Shown here piece after piece: positions 9,830 to 17,519 of a stretch of DNA of 64,000 nt (positions within the stretch are counted from its first letter, which is position 1; each line of letters starts with the position of its first letter). A program made the translations under genes and the position numbers. The stretch spans positions 16,962-80,961 of the forward strand of contig JAIPKD010000002.1 of NCBI GenBank assembly GCA_021733835.1. The letters are read 5' to 3'. The notes under the pieces are model-generated. The model saw nothing but the letters and a program-made list of their open reading frames with translations, did no database searches and had not been told where the DNA came from. Origin of the DNA: Verrucomicrobiota bacterium. Its GTDB lineage: Bacteria > Verrucomicrobiota > Verrucomicrobiia > Limisphaerales > JAIPKD01.

Positions 9830-10762
9830 ATGAGCAGCGTGGAATCCAAGTCAAATCCTAAGGGAAGCGGAGTGCGCCGGTTTGCCGAATCCGCCGGCAT
9901 ACGCAGAAAATTCCGGCAGGAGGCCATGGTCAAATGGCTTCTCGCCGGGGCGACCGGTATGATGCTGGTGCCGTTGATTCTGATCATCGCCTACCTTGTT
10001 TTCAAGGCGCTTCCGATTCTGTCGGTTGGCTTCCTCCTCGATAATCCCGTTAAGGGCATGCGCGAGGGCGGTGTTTGGGCGCCGTTCGTAGGTACGATGT
10101 ATTTGATCGTCATTTCCCTTGCCATTGCCGCGCCGATAGGCGTCCTCGCAGCGGTCTATTTGAACGAGTACGCGCGCGAGGGATGGTTCACGCGCATCAT
10201 CAACCTGGCGGTTATCAATCTCGCCGGTGTGCCGAGCATCGTGCATGCGCTGTTCGGCCTGGGTGCATTCGTCCTGTTTGCGGGTTTGGGCAGGTCGGTG
10301 CTCGCCGCGTCGTTAACCCTGGCGATTATGACGCTGCCGGTGATCATCGCCAGTACGAAGGAGGCCCTTGCGTCTGTGCCCATGTCCTTCCGTCAGGCCT
10401 GCTGGAATGTCGGCGCAACACGATGGCAGACTATCCGGCATATTGTGCTTCCAAACTCGATCAGCGGAATATTGACCGGTATCATACTCCAGGTCTCGCG
10501 CGCAGCCGGCGAGACAGCGCCGATCATGTTTACCGGCGCGGTGTTCTTCAAGAAGGTGCAGCAGGGCGATATGTTCCCTTATGGGCTGCTCGATCAATGT
10601 ATGGCGTTGTCGATGCATCTGTTCACTATATCCACGCAGGTGCCCGGCGTGCCGATGGAACTGCCGTACGGCACGGCGGTGGTACTCCTTGCGACCGTGC
10701 TGCTGGTTAATATTTGTTCGATTGTGTTACGTGTCTACTTACGCTCGCGAAAGAAATGGTAA
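9830..10762 (+). CDS. pstA: Phosphate ABC transporter permease PstA
   Basis: 310 aa with multiple TM segments. Permease loop STKEALASVPMSFRQACWNVGATRWQ. Operon context. Confidence 0.9.
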   Translation: MSSVESKSNPKGSGVRRFAESAGIRRKFRQEAMVKWLLAGATGMMLVPLILIIAYLVFKALPILSVGFLLDNPVKGMREGGVWAPFVGTMYLIVISLAIAAPIGVLAAVYLNEYAREGWFTRIINLAVINLAGVPSIVHALFGLGAFVLFAGLGRSVLAASLTLAIMTLPVIIASTKEALASVPMSFRQACWNVGATRWQTIRHIVLPNSISGILTGIILQVSRAAGETAPIMFTGAVFFKKVQQGDMFPYGLLDQCMALSMHLFTISTQVPGVPMELPYGTAVVLLATVLLVNICSIVLRVYLRSRKKW

Positions 10763-11520
10763 AACAGAACCCTAAAATCGAGATATCCGACCTGAAGGTG
10801 CGTTATGACGACGTGCACGCCATAAACGGCATTTCTTTTGATATCCTTGAAAATGAAATATTCGGCATAATCGGTCCGGCGCAATCCGGAAAAACCACCC
10901 TGCTCAAGGTCATTAACCGCACAATCGATTTTTCTCCCGAGGCCCGCGTTACGGGGAGAGTCAAAGTCGACGGCAAGGACGTGATGCGCGTCGGAAACGT
11001 CTATGCACTAAGACGCAAGATCGGTATGGTCTCGCCGCTGCCGGTCGGACTGCCACTCTCTATTTACGATAATGTCGCGTTTGCGCCGCGTATGGCCGGG
11101 ATTCGCGAAAGATCGCAGCTGGACGAGTTGGTCGAAAAATGCCTCCATCAGGCGGCGCTATGGGATGAGGTCAAGGATAGACTTCACTCTCTCGGCACCA
11201 AATTATCGGGCGGTCAACAACAGCGTCTGACCATAGCGCGCGCGCTTTCGCACGAGCCCGAAATCCTGTGCCTGGACGAATTCTCGATCGCCATCGACCC
11301 GGTGACCACCATGAAGATCGAGGATGTGCTCAAGCAATTACGCTCTAAAATGACGGTCATCCTTGTAACGAACCTCGTACAACAAGCCCGACGCCTCGCC
11401 GATAGAACGGCCTTTATGATGAACGGCGAACTTGTCGAAGTCGGTTCAAACGACGTCATCTTTTCGGATAACCCCGCAAACCGTAAAACTTACGAATACG
11501 TCAACGGCATTTTCGGATGA
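10756..11520 (+). CDS. pstB: PstB-like ABC ATPase, divergent copy (Q-loop Gln and H-loop His missing, LSGGQ intact)
   Basis: ATG at 10756 (ATGGTAA overlap with the pstA stop). Walker A GPAQSGKT; signature LSGGQQQRL; Walker B LCLDEF. GMVSP replaces GMVFQ, and VTNL replaces VTHN. Confidence 0.85.
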   Translation: MVKQNPKIEISDLKVRYDDVHAINGISFDILENEIFGIIGPAQSGKTTLLKVINRTIDFSPEARVTGRVKVDGKDVMRVGNVYALRRKIGMVSPLPVGLPLSIYDNVAFAPRMAGIRERSQLDELVEKCLHQAALWDEVKDRLHSLGTKLSGGQQQRLTIARALSHEPEILCLDEFSIAIDPVTTMKIEDVLKQLRSKMTVILVTNLVQQARRLADRTAFMMNGELVEVGSNDVIFSDNPANRKTYEYVNGIFG

Positions 11521-12293
11521 GCAATCCCGACACATACTGTATCAAAACAACCGGCCTGAATCTCTGGTATGGGGATTTTCAGGCGCTCAAGGATATCAAC
11601 CTCAAGATTCGCCAGGGCATTATCACATCACTGATCGGCCCGTCCGGTTGCGGTAAGACCACGTTGCTGCGCTGCTTCAACCGCATCAATGAAAGATACG
11701 GCAACGTGAAAACAACCGGTAGTACGCTTATCCTCGACGAGGATATCTATACCCCCGAGGTGTCGTTGATTGAGCTGCGCAAGAGCGTGGGAATGGTCTT
11801 TCAGCGGCCGAACCCCCTGCCGATTTCCGTCTATGAAAATGTGTTGTTCGGACTCAAAATCCACGGCGCGACGGAAAGTCAGGAAAAGAGCACAAGAGAC
11901 GAAATAGTGGAAAAGGCACTGCGCGAGGTGTTTTTGTGGAACGAGCTGAAGGATAAATTACACCGGCGCGCCACCGACTTGCAGTTGGATCAGCAACAAA
12001 AGCTCTGCATCGCCAGACTCCTGCCGCTGAAACCCGAGGTGATACTCATGGACGAACCCTGCTCGGCGCTGGACTCGGAAGCCACACGCGGAATTGAAGA
12101 ACTGATGCTCGGCCTTATCCCCAAGTATACGATCGTTATCGTAACTCACAACATGGCACAGGCGCGACGCGTAAGTCATGAATGTATTTTCATGCTGATG
12201 GGTGAGCTGATAGAACACAGCCCCACCGATCAACTCTTCCTTACACCGCGGGACGAAAGAACCGCCGACTATATCGAAGGCCGCTACGGTTGA
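11517..12293 (+). CDS. pstB: PstB ABC ATPase, catalytic-type copy with a degenerate signature motif
   Basis: Walker A GPSGCGKT, Q-loop GMVFQ, Walker B LMDEPCSALD and H-loop VTHN are all canonical. The signature reads LQLDQQQKL instead of LSGGQQQRL. ATGA overlap with the previous gene. Confidence 0.85.
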   Translation: MSNPDTYCIKTTGLNLWYGDFQALKDINLKIRQGIITSLIGPSGCGKTTLLRCFNRINERYGNVKTTGSTLILDEDIYTPEVSLIELRKSVGMVFQRPNPLPISVYENVLFGLKIHGATESQEKSTRDEIVEKALREVFLWNELKDKLHRRATDLQLDQQQKLCIARLLPLKPEVILMDEPCSALDSEATRGIEELMLGLIPKYTIVIVTHNMAQARRVSHECIFMLMGELIEHSPTDQLFLTPRDERTADYIEGRYG

Positions 12294-12423
12294 TCCCGGA
12301 TACACAAACAGCCGGCCCACGGCATTGTTTAACCCCCTTATTAAATGTAGGCCGATGAGCGATGCCGTTGACGTTGAACGCAAGCTTGATCGCGTTCCTA
12401 AATATGCCGTATGATCTCCCCCT

Positions 12424-14742
12424 ATGAACAATTGCAGACAAGATGGGATCGGTGGTACTCGTGCTGCATATAGAGGTGCGGGTCGTCCTTTTTACTATAG
12501 ACTGTATGCGTTGGTTATTACGATCATTGCTCTCATGTGCCTGACCGCATTGCGCGCGTCGAGCGCCGAAAACACGGTGCTTCAGGATATCTGTGTCACC
12601 GGGTCGGACTCCACGCTAACGTTGAGCAATTCCAAGCTGACCGTGCGCGTAAATACCGTCACGGGCGACTGGCTTGCTCTTACCTCTAAGTCCAGCGGTA
12701 ATAACCTGATTTCCACAGGCGCCGGTGTCGAACCACTGGATTTTAATATAGACGATAAGTGGATGGTAGCGGAGCACGGACGGCGCCTCTTAAGCTGCGA
12801 ATATAAAATCGCCGAAGACCGGCGGTTCGTTGAATTAAGGATGGTATTCGGTGTCAAGGCCGACGAGGATGCCGGGGGCGATGCATTTGAATATCTGCTT
12901 TCCTCCGTGTTTGCGCTGCGTCCGGATAAGTCTATGCTCGAACGATCCGCGACTGTAACTCGCATGTCAAAGTCCGGCGTTGACTCCGCCGGCGCGGTTA
13001 AATTCAAGGGCTTCGTTTTCCGGTATCCGGGGCTAAAGACCGGCAGCGCCGACGACTGCCTGGTCACCGTGCCGGGACCGTTCTTTCCGAATACATTCAT
13101 TAAACCCCGCGCATCATACATGGATGTAGCCGAACGTTCCGTCGGACTCCACGGCGCGCCGGACGCCGGCTTCGGCATCGTGGTCATCGAAAACCGGAAT
13201 GCAGGCGAAAGCATCGGCACATGGATGAATACCGCCGGTGAAGTCACTTATCATACAAGACTCGAGCGCGGCGGAGGCGGCCTGCTGTCGGTTTCGCAAT
13301 TAGAACGCAGATACGTTTACCTGCGCACCGGCGAATGCGTCGGATCGGATTCATCTCTGTTGCATGTTAAAAGCGGTGCCGCCGGCGATGTGCTGGCCGA
13401 GCATAGAACGATGGCCGAATCCGAAATGCCGTTGGCCGAAACACCCGAATGGGCGCGGCAAATGGTGATCCTCGAGGTGTATCTTCCGTATTTCAAAAAC
13501 GGGTTTAGAGGTGTAACAGAAAAGCTGCCCTTTTATAAGAAGATCGGATTCAACACGGTTTACTTAATGCCACATTGGAAAGGCGGCTATTCGCCCATTG
13601 ATCTTTTCAAGGTGAACGAGGATTTCGGTACTAAAGAAGAATTGAAAAAGCTCGTTGATACCGCGCACACGCTCGGCATGCGCGTCCTGTTCGATATGGT
13701 GATTCACGGATTCAACGAGAAGTCCAATGTGCCCGATGAGCATCCCGGTATGTTCGTTGAAAACGAAAACGGCGCGCTTGCCCGGCATCCTACATGGGGG
13801 AGTATAACGACGGACTGGGCCGACCCCGAGTACCGGCGGTATATGTGCGACCTGGTGAAGCACGATGTCCTGACATACGGTATCGACGGATACCGCGTCG
13901 ACGCCGCCACATACAAAGGCACCGCTTGGGAGCGTGGACTGCCGTACCCTGTATATCGCCAAGGCTCGGCGGCGCCGGGGCTCATGCGCGAGATGCTCCG
14001 GACACTGCGCGAGGTGAACCCGGACGCCGTACTGCTGAGCGAGGTGTTCGGCCCCGTTTATTACTCGGTTTGCAACCTGGCGCATGACAACCAGACCGAA
14101 GCCGTCCAGTTCCTGATCGAGCAAATGGACGCCGGTAAGGTTACCGCCCGCGACTATAAATTGCATGTCGCCAATGTCTTTGCCGCATTGCCCGATGACG
14201 CGAACCGCGTCTTTTACGCGAGGAATCACGATACCTCGTGGTTCTATCATTTCAATGGCTATACGCCGAGGTTTCTTGCATTTGAAGCGGTGCATGCGTT
14301 CTTTGCCATCCCCGAAATATTCGCCGGCGACACGAATCACAAACCCAATCCCGACGATGATCCGGCGGTTTACGATTACTATAAACGCCTCTTCGATATC
14401 CGCCGCGAATATCCCGTCCTCGCGACAGGCCGCAGCGCACTCGCGAAAGTCGAATCCAGTAATCCCATGGTCTTTTCGGGCATGCGCATGAATGAGGCAA
14501 GCCGGGCGCTTGTCTTGATCTCGTTCAGCGCCGATCCGGAATCGGCCCGAATAAGCGTGAAAGACGAACACATCGGCGACGCCGAATCCGATTGGACATT
14601 CATAGACCCCATCTCCTGCAAAGAGCTGGGTGAACGCGTCGTGGTGCGGGATACCAGCGAAATAGACATCCAACTGCAGCCGTTCCAAGTTGTCCTCGGA
14701 ATCAGAAAAACAAGAGAATGCGGAATGCGGAATGATGAGTGA
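12424..14742 (+). CDS. GH13 (alpha-amylase family) glycoside hydrolase with a large N-terminal non-catalytic region
   Basis: 772 aa with a signal/anchor at the N-terminus. GH13 conserved regions are present: DMVIHG (I), GYRVDAATY (II), LLSEVFG (III), FYARNHDT (IV). Confidence 0.75.
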   Translation: MNNCRQDGIGGTRAAYRGAGRPFYYRLYALVITIIALMCLTALRASSAENTVLQDICVTGSDSTLTLSNSKLTVRVNTVTGDWLALTSKSSGNNLISTGAGVEPLDFNIDDKWMVAEHGRRLLSCEYKIAEDRRFVELRMVFGVKADEDAGGDAFEYLLSSVFALRPDKSMLERSATVTRMSKSGVDSAGAVKFKGFVFRYPGLKTGSADDCLVTVPGPFFPNTFIKPRASYMDVAERSVGLHGAPDAGFGIVVIENRNAGESIGTWMNTAGEVTYHTRLERGGGGLLSVSQLERRYVYLRTGECVGSDSSLLHVKSGAAGDVLAEHRTMAESEMPLAETPEWARQMVILEVYLPYFKNGFRGVTEKLPFYKKIGFNTVYLMPHWKGGYSPIDLFKVNEDFGTKEELKKLVDTAHTLGMRVLFDMVIHGFNEKSNVPDEHPGMFVENENGALARHPTWGSITTDWADPEYRRYMCDLVKHDVLTYGIDGYRVDAATYKGTAWERGLPYPVYRQGSAAPGLMREMLRTLREVNPDAVLLSEVFGPVYYSVCNLAHDNQTEAVQFLIEQMDAGKVTARDYKLHVANVFAALPDDANRVFYARNHDTSWFYHFNGYTPRFLAFEAVHAFFAIPEIFAGDTNHKPNPDDDPAVYDYYKRLFDIRREYPVLATGRSALAKVESSNPMVFSGMRMNEASRALVLISFSADPESARISVKDEHIGDAESDWTFIDPISCKELGERVVVRDTSEIDIQLQPFQVVLGIRKTRECGMRNDE

Positions 14743-14750
14743 TGAATGAT
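14716..14750. repeat. Left arm of a heptad inverted repeat bracketing the four-helix-bundle gene
   Basis: gaatgcg-gaatgcg-gaatgat-gagtgat-gaatgat (period 7). gaatgcggaatg (14716-14727 and 14723-14734) is the exact complement of cattccgcattc at 15106-15117. This arm also encodes the last codons of the GH13 ORF. Confidence 0.7.
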
Positions 14751-15104
14751 AAGCTGGACATTGTTGAAAGAACCAAGTTTTTCGCTTTGCGGATTATCCA
14801 TCTCTGTGCCGCATTGTCAAAGACAATGGAGGCGCGAACGATCGGAAAGCAGGTCTTACGCTCCGGCACTTCTGTTGGTGCGCATGTCAGGGAGGGCAAA
14901 CGTAGCCGTTCAGATGCCGTGATGATCAGTAAGATTGAAGTTGCATTACAGGAACTGGAAGAAACCATGTGTTGGCTTGAATTCCTTGGGGACTCAGGCA
15001 TCGTCAAAGCAGAGTTGTTATGTGATCTAATGAACGAGGCCAATGAACTGAAAGCCGTCCTCGTAACAAGCGCCAAAGCCCTGAAACACCGGAGAGCAAA
15101 ATGA
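14742..15104 (+). CDS. Four-helix-bundle protein (23S rRNA intervening-sequence protein family, PF05635-like)
   Basis: About 120 aa. ALRIIHLC...IGKQVLRSGTSVGAHVREGKRSRSDA...IEVALQELEETMCWLEFL matches the family consensus as I remember it. The ATG overlaps the GH13 stop (TGATG). Confidence 0.8.
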   Translation: MNDKLDIVERTKFFALRIIHLCAALSKTMEARTIGKQVLRSGTSVGAHVREGKRSRSDAVMISKIEVALQELEETMCWLEFLGDSGIVKAELLCDLMNEANELKAVLVTSAKALKHRRAK

Positions 15105-15125
15105 CCATTCCGCATTCATCATTCC
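15105..15125. repeat. Right arm of the heptad inverted repeat bracketing the four-helix-bundle gene
   Basis: ccattccgcattcatcattcc lies immediately after the stop codon. Its reverse complement, ggaatgatgaatgcggaatgg, is built from the same words as the left arm. Confidence 0.7.
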
Positions 15126-15215
15126 AAAGGGGTGACGGAATGAGTTGTAATCCGCAAAAACCTTTTGAATTTACGGGCATTCCCGCTCGATTGCTCGGCG
15201 ATATCCGGAAAATGA

Positions 15216-15245
15216 TTGACGTTTACAAAAAGGTCAAGGTACAAT
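15216..15245 (+). promoter_or_regulatory. Sigma70-like promoter (TTGACG-18-TACAAT) with an embedded TTGAC/GTCAA inverted repeat
   Basis: The -35 is at 15216-15221 and the -10 at 15240-15245, 14 nt upstream of the ATG at 15259. TTGAC...GTCAA spans the spacer and may be an autoregulatory operator. Confidence 0.35.
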
Positions 15246-15258
15246 AAATGCAGATATT

Positions 15259-16410
15259 ATGAGCGCTGATGTCAAACCTGATATGCTCTTATGGGCATGT
15301 GAACGCGCCGGGCGAAGCGCCGATGCCTTGGCGAGACAACAGTCCCTCTGCAAGTTGCCCGCTTGGGTGAGTGGTAAGGAGCGCCCGACATTCAAGCAGC
15401 TTGAAAAATTCGCTCGGGCGACCTATACGCCGTTCGGTTACTTTTTCCTTCCGAAACCTCCCGATGAATTCGTTCCCATTCCCGATCTTCGGACGGTTGA
15501 CAACCGATATACAGCACGTCCAAGCCCTGACATGCTGGAAACAATCTACACCATGCAGCGTCGCCAGGCCTGGCTACGCGAAACGCTTATCGAATGCGAA
15601 GCGGAGCCGTTGGGCTTTGTGGGTAGCGCCCGTCTAACCGACGATCCTAACGCCATCGGGCGCGAGATGCGGCGCATTGTTAACTTCGGCAATGAATGGG
15701 CCGCCAAAATTCACACCTGGAAAGATGCAGTTGGCGAATTACGTCGCGCAATCGAACAATTGGGCGTCATGGCGGTGATCAACGGCGTAGTCGGAAACAA
15801 TACGCATCGGAAGTTGGATGTAAAAGAATTTCGAGGTTTTGCGCTCTGTGATATATATGCACCGCTCATTTTTATCAACGGTGCAGACGCGAAATCCGCG
15901 CAGATGTTCAGCTTGGTTCACGAACTAGCTCATATCTGGTTGGGCCGCGAAGGCGTGTCGGGATTTGAGGGCATTTTCGCTGGCGGCAAAGAAGTCGAAG
16001 ATTTTTGCGATCAGGCGGCTGCGGAGTTTCTCGTGCCTGCACGAGAGCTAATAGAGCATTGGCGCGACGTAAAGAATGAGACTCAACCGTTCGAAAGGCT
16101 TGCCGGACAATTCAAAGTAAGCCCCATCGTGGCAGGACGCCGTGCTATGGATTTGCGGTTGGTGGACCGGGAATTGTTTTTTACATTTTACAACGAATAC
16201 CTTGGAAAAGAACGATCTCGAAGCAAAGGGCCGGGAGGTGGTGATTTCTATAACAGCCAAAACAATCGTGTAGGTGAAATGTTTGCAATTCAGGTCATTC
16301 GTGCTGCGAAAGAAGGCCGCGTAGGATTCAAGGATGCTTACGACTTGACCGGCCTGCGTGGAGGCGCTTTTCAAGAGTATGCCTATCGATTGGGATTTAA
16401 TCTCCCATGA
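15259..16410 (+). CDS. HTH (XRE-like) domain fused to an ImmA/IrrE-family zinc metallopeptidase
   Basis: 383 aa. The N-terminal roughly 70 aa are HTH-like. HELAHIWL (HEXXH) and the downstream FCDQAAAEFLVP are typical of COG2856/ImmA-IrrE. Confidence 0.8.
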   Translation: MSADVKPDMLLWACERAGRSADALARQQSLCKLPAWVSGKERPTFKQLEKFARATYTPFGYFFLPKPPDEFVPIPDLRTVDNRYTARPSPDMLETIYTMQRRQAWLRETLIECEAEPLGFVGSARLTDDPNAIGREMRRIVNFGNEWAAKIHTWKDAVGELRRAIEQLGVMAVINGVVGNNTHRKLDVKEFRGFALCDIYAPLIFINGADAKSAQMFSLVHELAHIWLGREGVSGFEGIFAGGKEVEDFCDQAAAEFLVPARELIEHWRDVKNETQPFERLAGQFKVSPIVAGRRAMDLRLVDRELFFTFYNEYLGKERSRSKGPGGGDFYNSQNNRVGEMFAIQVIRAAKEGRVGFKDAYDLTGLRGGAFQEYAYRLGFNLP

Positions 16411-16931
16411 GTGTTAAACGACCATATATCATAGATTCAGATGTGTTTATAACAGCGAAGAATGGCTATTACGCTTTTGATATATGTCCTGGTTTCTGGG
16501 ACAGCATAATTCATCATTACAGTGAGGGAAACATTAGTAGTATCGACAGAATCAGAAATGAATTGCTTGCCGGAAGAGATACTGAAGATCTCGTGCAATG
16601 GGTGAAGAAAAAGCTGCCAACAGGATTCTTCCAGAGCACGGGCGATAATAACGTTTCCTCAGCCTTCACGGAAGTCATGCTTTGGGTGCAGCGTAACACG
16701 CAATATTATGAACAAGCCAAGGCGAAGTTCGCAACTGAAGCGGACGGGTGGCTCGTGGCATTCGCTATGGTCCACGATGCAATTATTGTGACGAATGAGC
16801 AGCCACGTCCCGAAGCCAAAAATCGCGTCGCGCTTCCCGACGTGTGCGAACAATTTAAGGTGACTTACAGGAATACTTTTTTCATGCTCAAGAATTTATC
16901 TATTTGGTTTGAATGGACGGGGAAAAGTTGA
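16407..16931 (+). CDS. DUF4411-family PIN-like nuclease
   Basis: 174 aa. YIIDSDVFITAKNGYYAFDICPGFWD, RNELL, EADGWLVAFA, VTNE and ALPDVCEQF match DUF4411/PIN-like acidic-residue spacing. ATGA overlap with the ImmA gene. Confidence 0.75.
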   Translation: MSVKRPYIIDSDVFITAKNGYYAFDICPGFWDSIIHHYSEGNISSIDRIRNELLAGRDTEDLVQWVKKKLPTGFFQSTGDNNVSSAFTEVMLWVQRNTQYYEQAKAKFATEADGWLVAFAMVHDAIIVTNEQPRPEAKNRVALPDVCEQFKVTYRNTFFMLKNLSIWFEWTGKS

Positions 16932-17054
16932 TGCCGGTTCAACATAAAGAACTTGCATTCGATACCATCATAGAAAATTACCTGACCACGGCTTGGTGGA
17001 TATGAAAAAGGTGACGGGAACGATTCCGACCACTTTCCCGCGGAGGATATCTGA
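16931..17054 (+). pseudogene. Decayed 5' fragment resembling the N-terminus of a type I restriction R subunit (hsdR-like), copy A
   Basis: MPVQHKELAFDTIIENYLTTAWWI* is followed, after a 1-nt frame slip, by YEKGDGNDSDHFPAEDI*. It is paralogous to 19322-19435. The family assignment is from memory of HsdR N-termini (..HTE.AFE.AIE.HL...GGY..GD). Confidence 0.35.
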
Positions 17055-17092
17055 AAGTTTTGAATACCTTATTTGGTAGAAAGGAAATAATC

Positions 17093-17452
17093 ATGAAGAG
17101 AACTACTTTGACATGCCTTGCCCTATTTGTCGCAACGTTATCGTGCATGGCAGGAGGACAAAAGCTTATCGCTATCGTAGACTCGCATATCGCAGTCTGG
17201 CCAATATTTCTTATCGTTCTTATCGGGGTAGTTATAGGGCTCTGGTTCCTGATCAGATTCCTCGCCTCGCAGAACGGTGCTCAGGGAGTCGGCGTTTTCA
17301 CGATGATCGTCGGCGCCATCGGCGTCATTGTGCCGCTATTCGTTTTCATGGGCAACAGCTCCCGGGACATCCAGCTTGCCGTTCTCATTTCCGGCGCAAT
17401 CATTTTCGGGTGCGGCTCCATCGCCACGGCCATCGGCAAAAGAAAGGAATAG
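17093..17452 (+). CDS. Small membrane protein (signal/anchor plus about 3 TM helices)
   Basis: ATG at 17093 preceded by aaagga. MKRTTLTCLALFVATLSCMAGG is followed by three hydrophobic segments. No known domain. Confidence 0.6.
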   Translation: MKRTTLTCLALFVATLSCMAGGQKLIAIVDSHIAVWPIFLIVLIGVVIGLWFLIRFLASQNGAQGVGVFTMIVGAIGVIVPLFVFMGNSSRDIQLAVLISGAIIFGCGSIATAIGKRKE

Positions 17453-17519
17453 GAATCCGGATCAAAACCCATACGCGATTGCAAAAGGCCGCTGCTTCGT
17501 TTCGACCTTTTCGGAATAC

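Noticed and set aside
13564-14688. 374-aa minus-strand ORF inside the GH13 gene (and 12582-13247, 221 aa)
   Set aside because: These lie antisense to a frame carrying all four GH13 conserved regions. There are no recognisable domains, and the composition is typical of shadow ORFs.
17328-17519. N-terminal 64-codon extension of the AlbA_2 ORF given in the ORF track
   Set aside because: It overlaps the small membrane protein gene in another frame and has low-complexity Pro/Ser/Ala content. The AlbA_2 domain begins right after the GTG at 17520.
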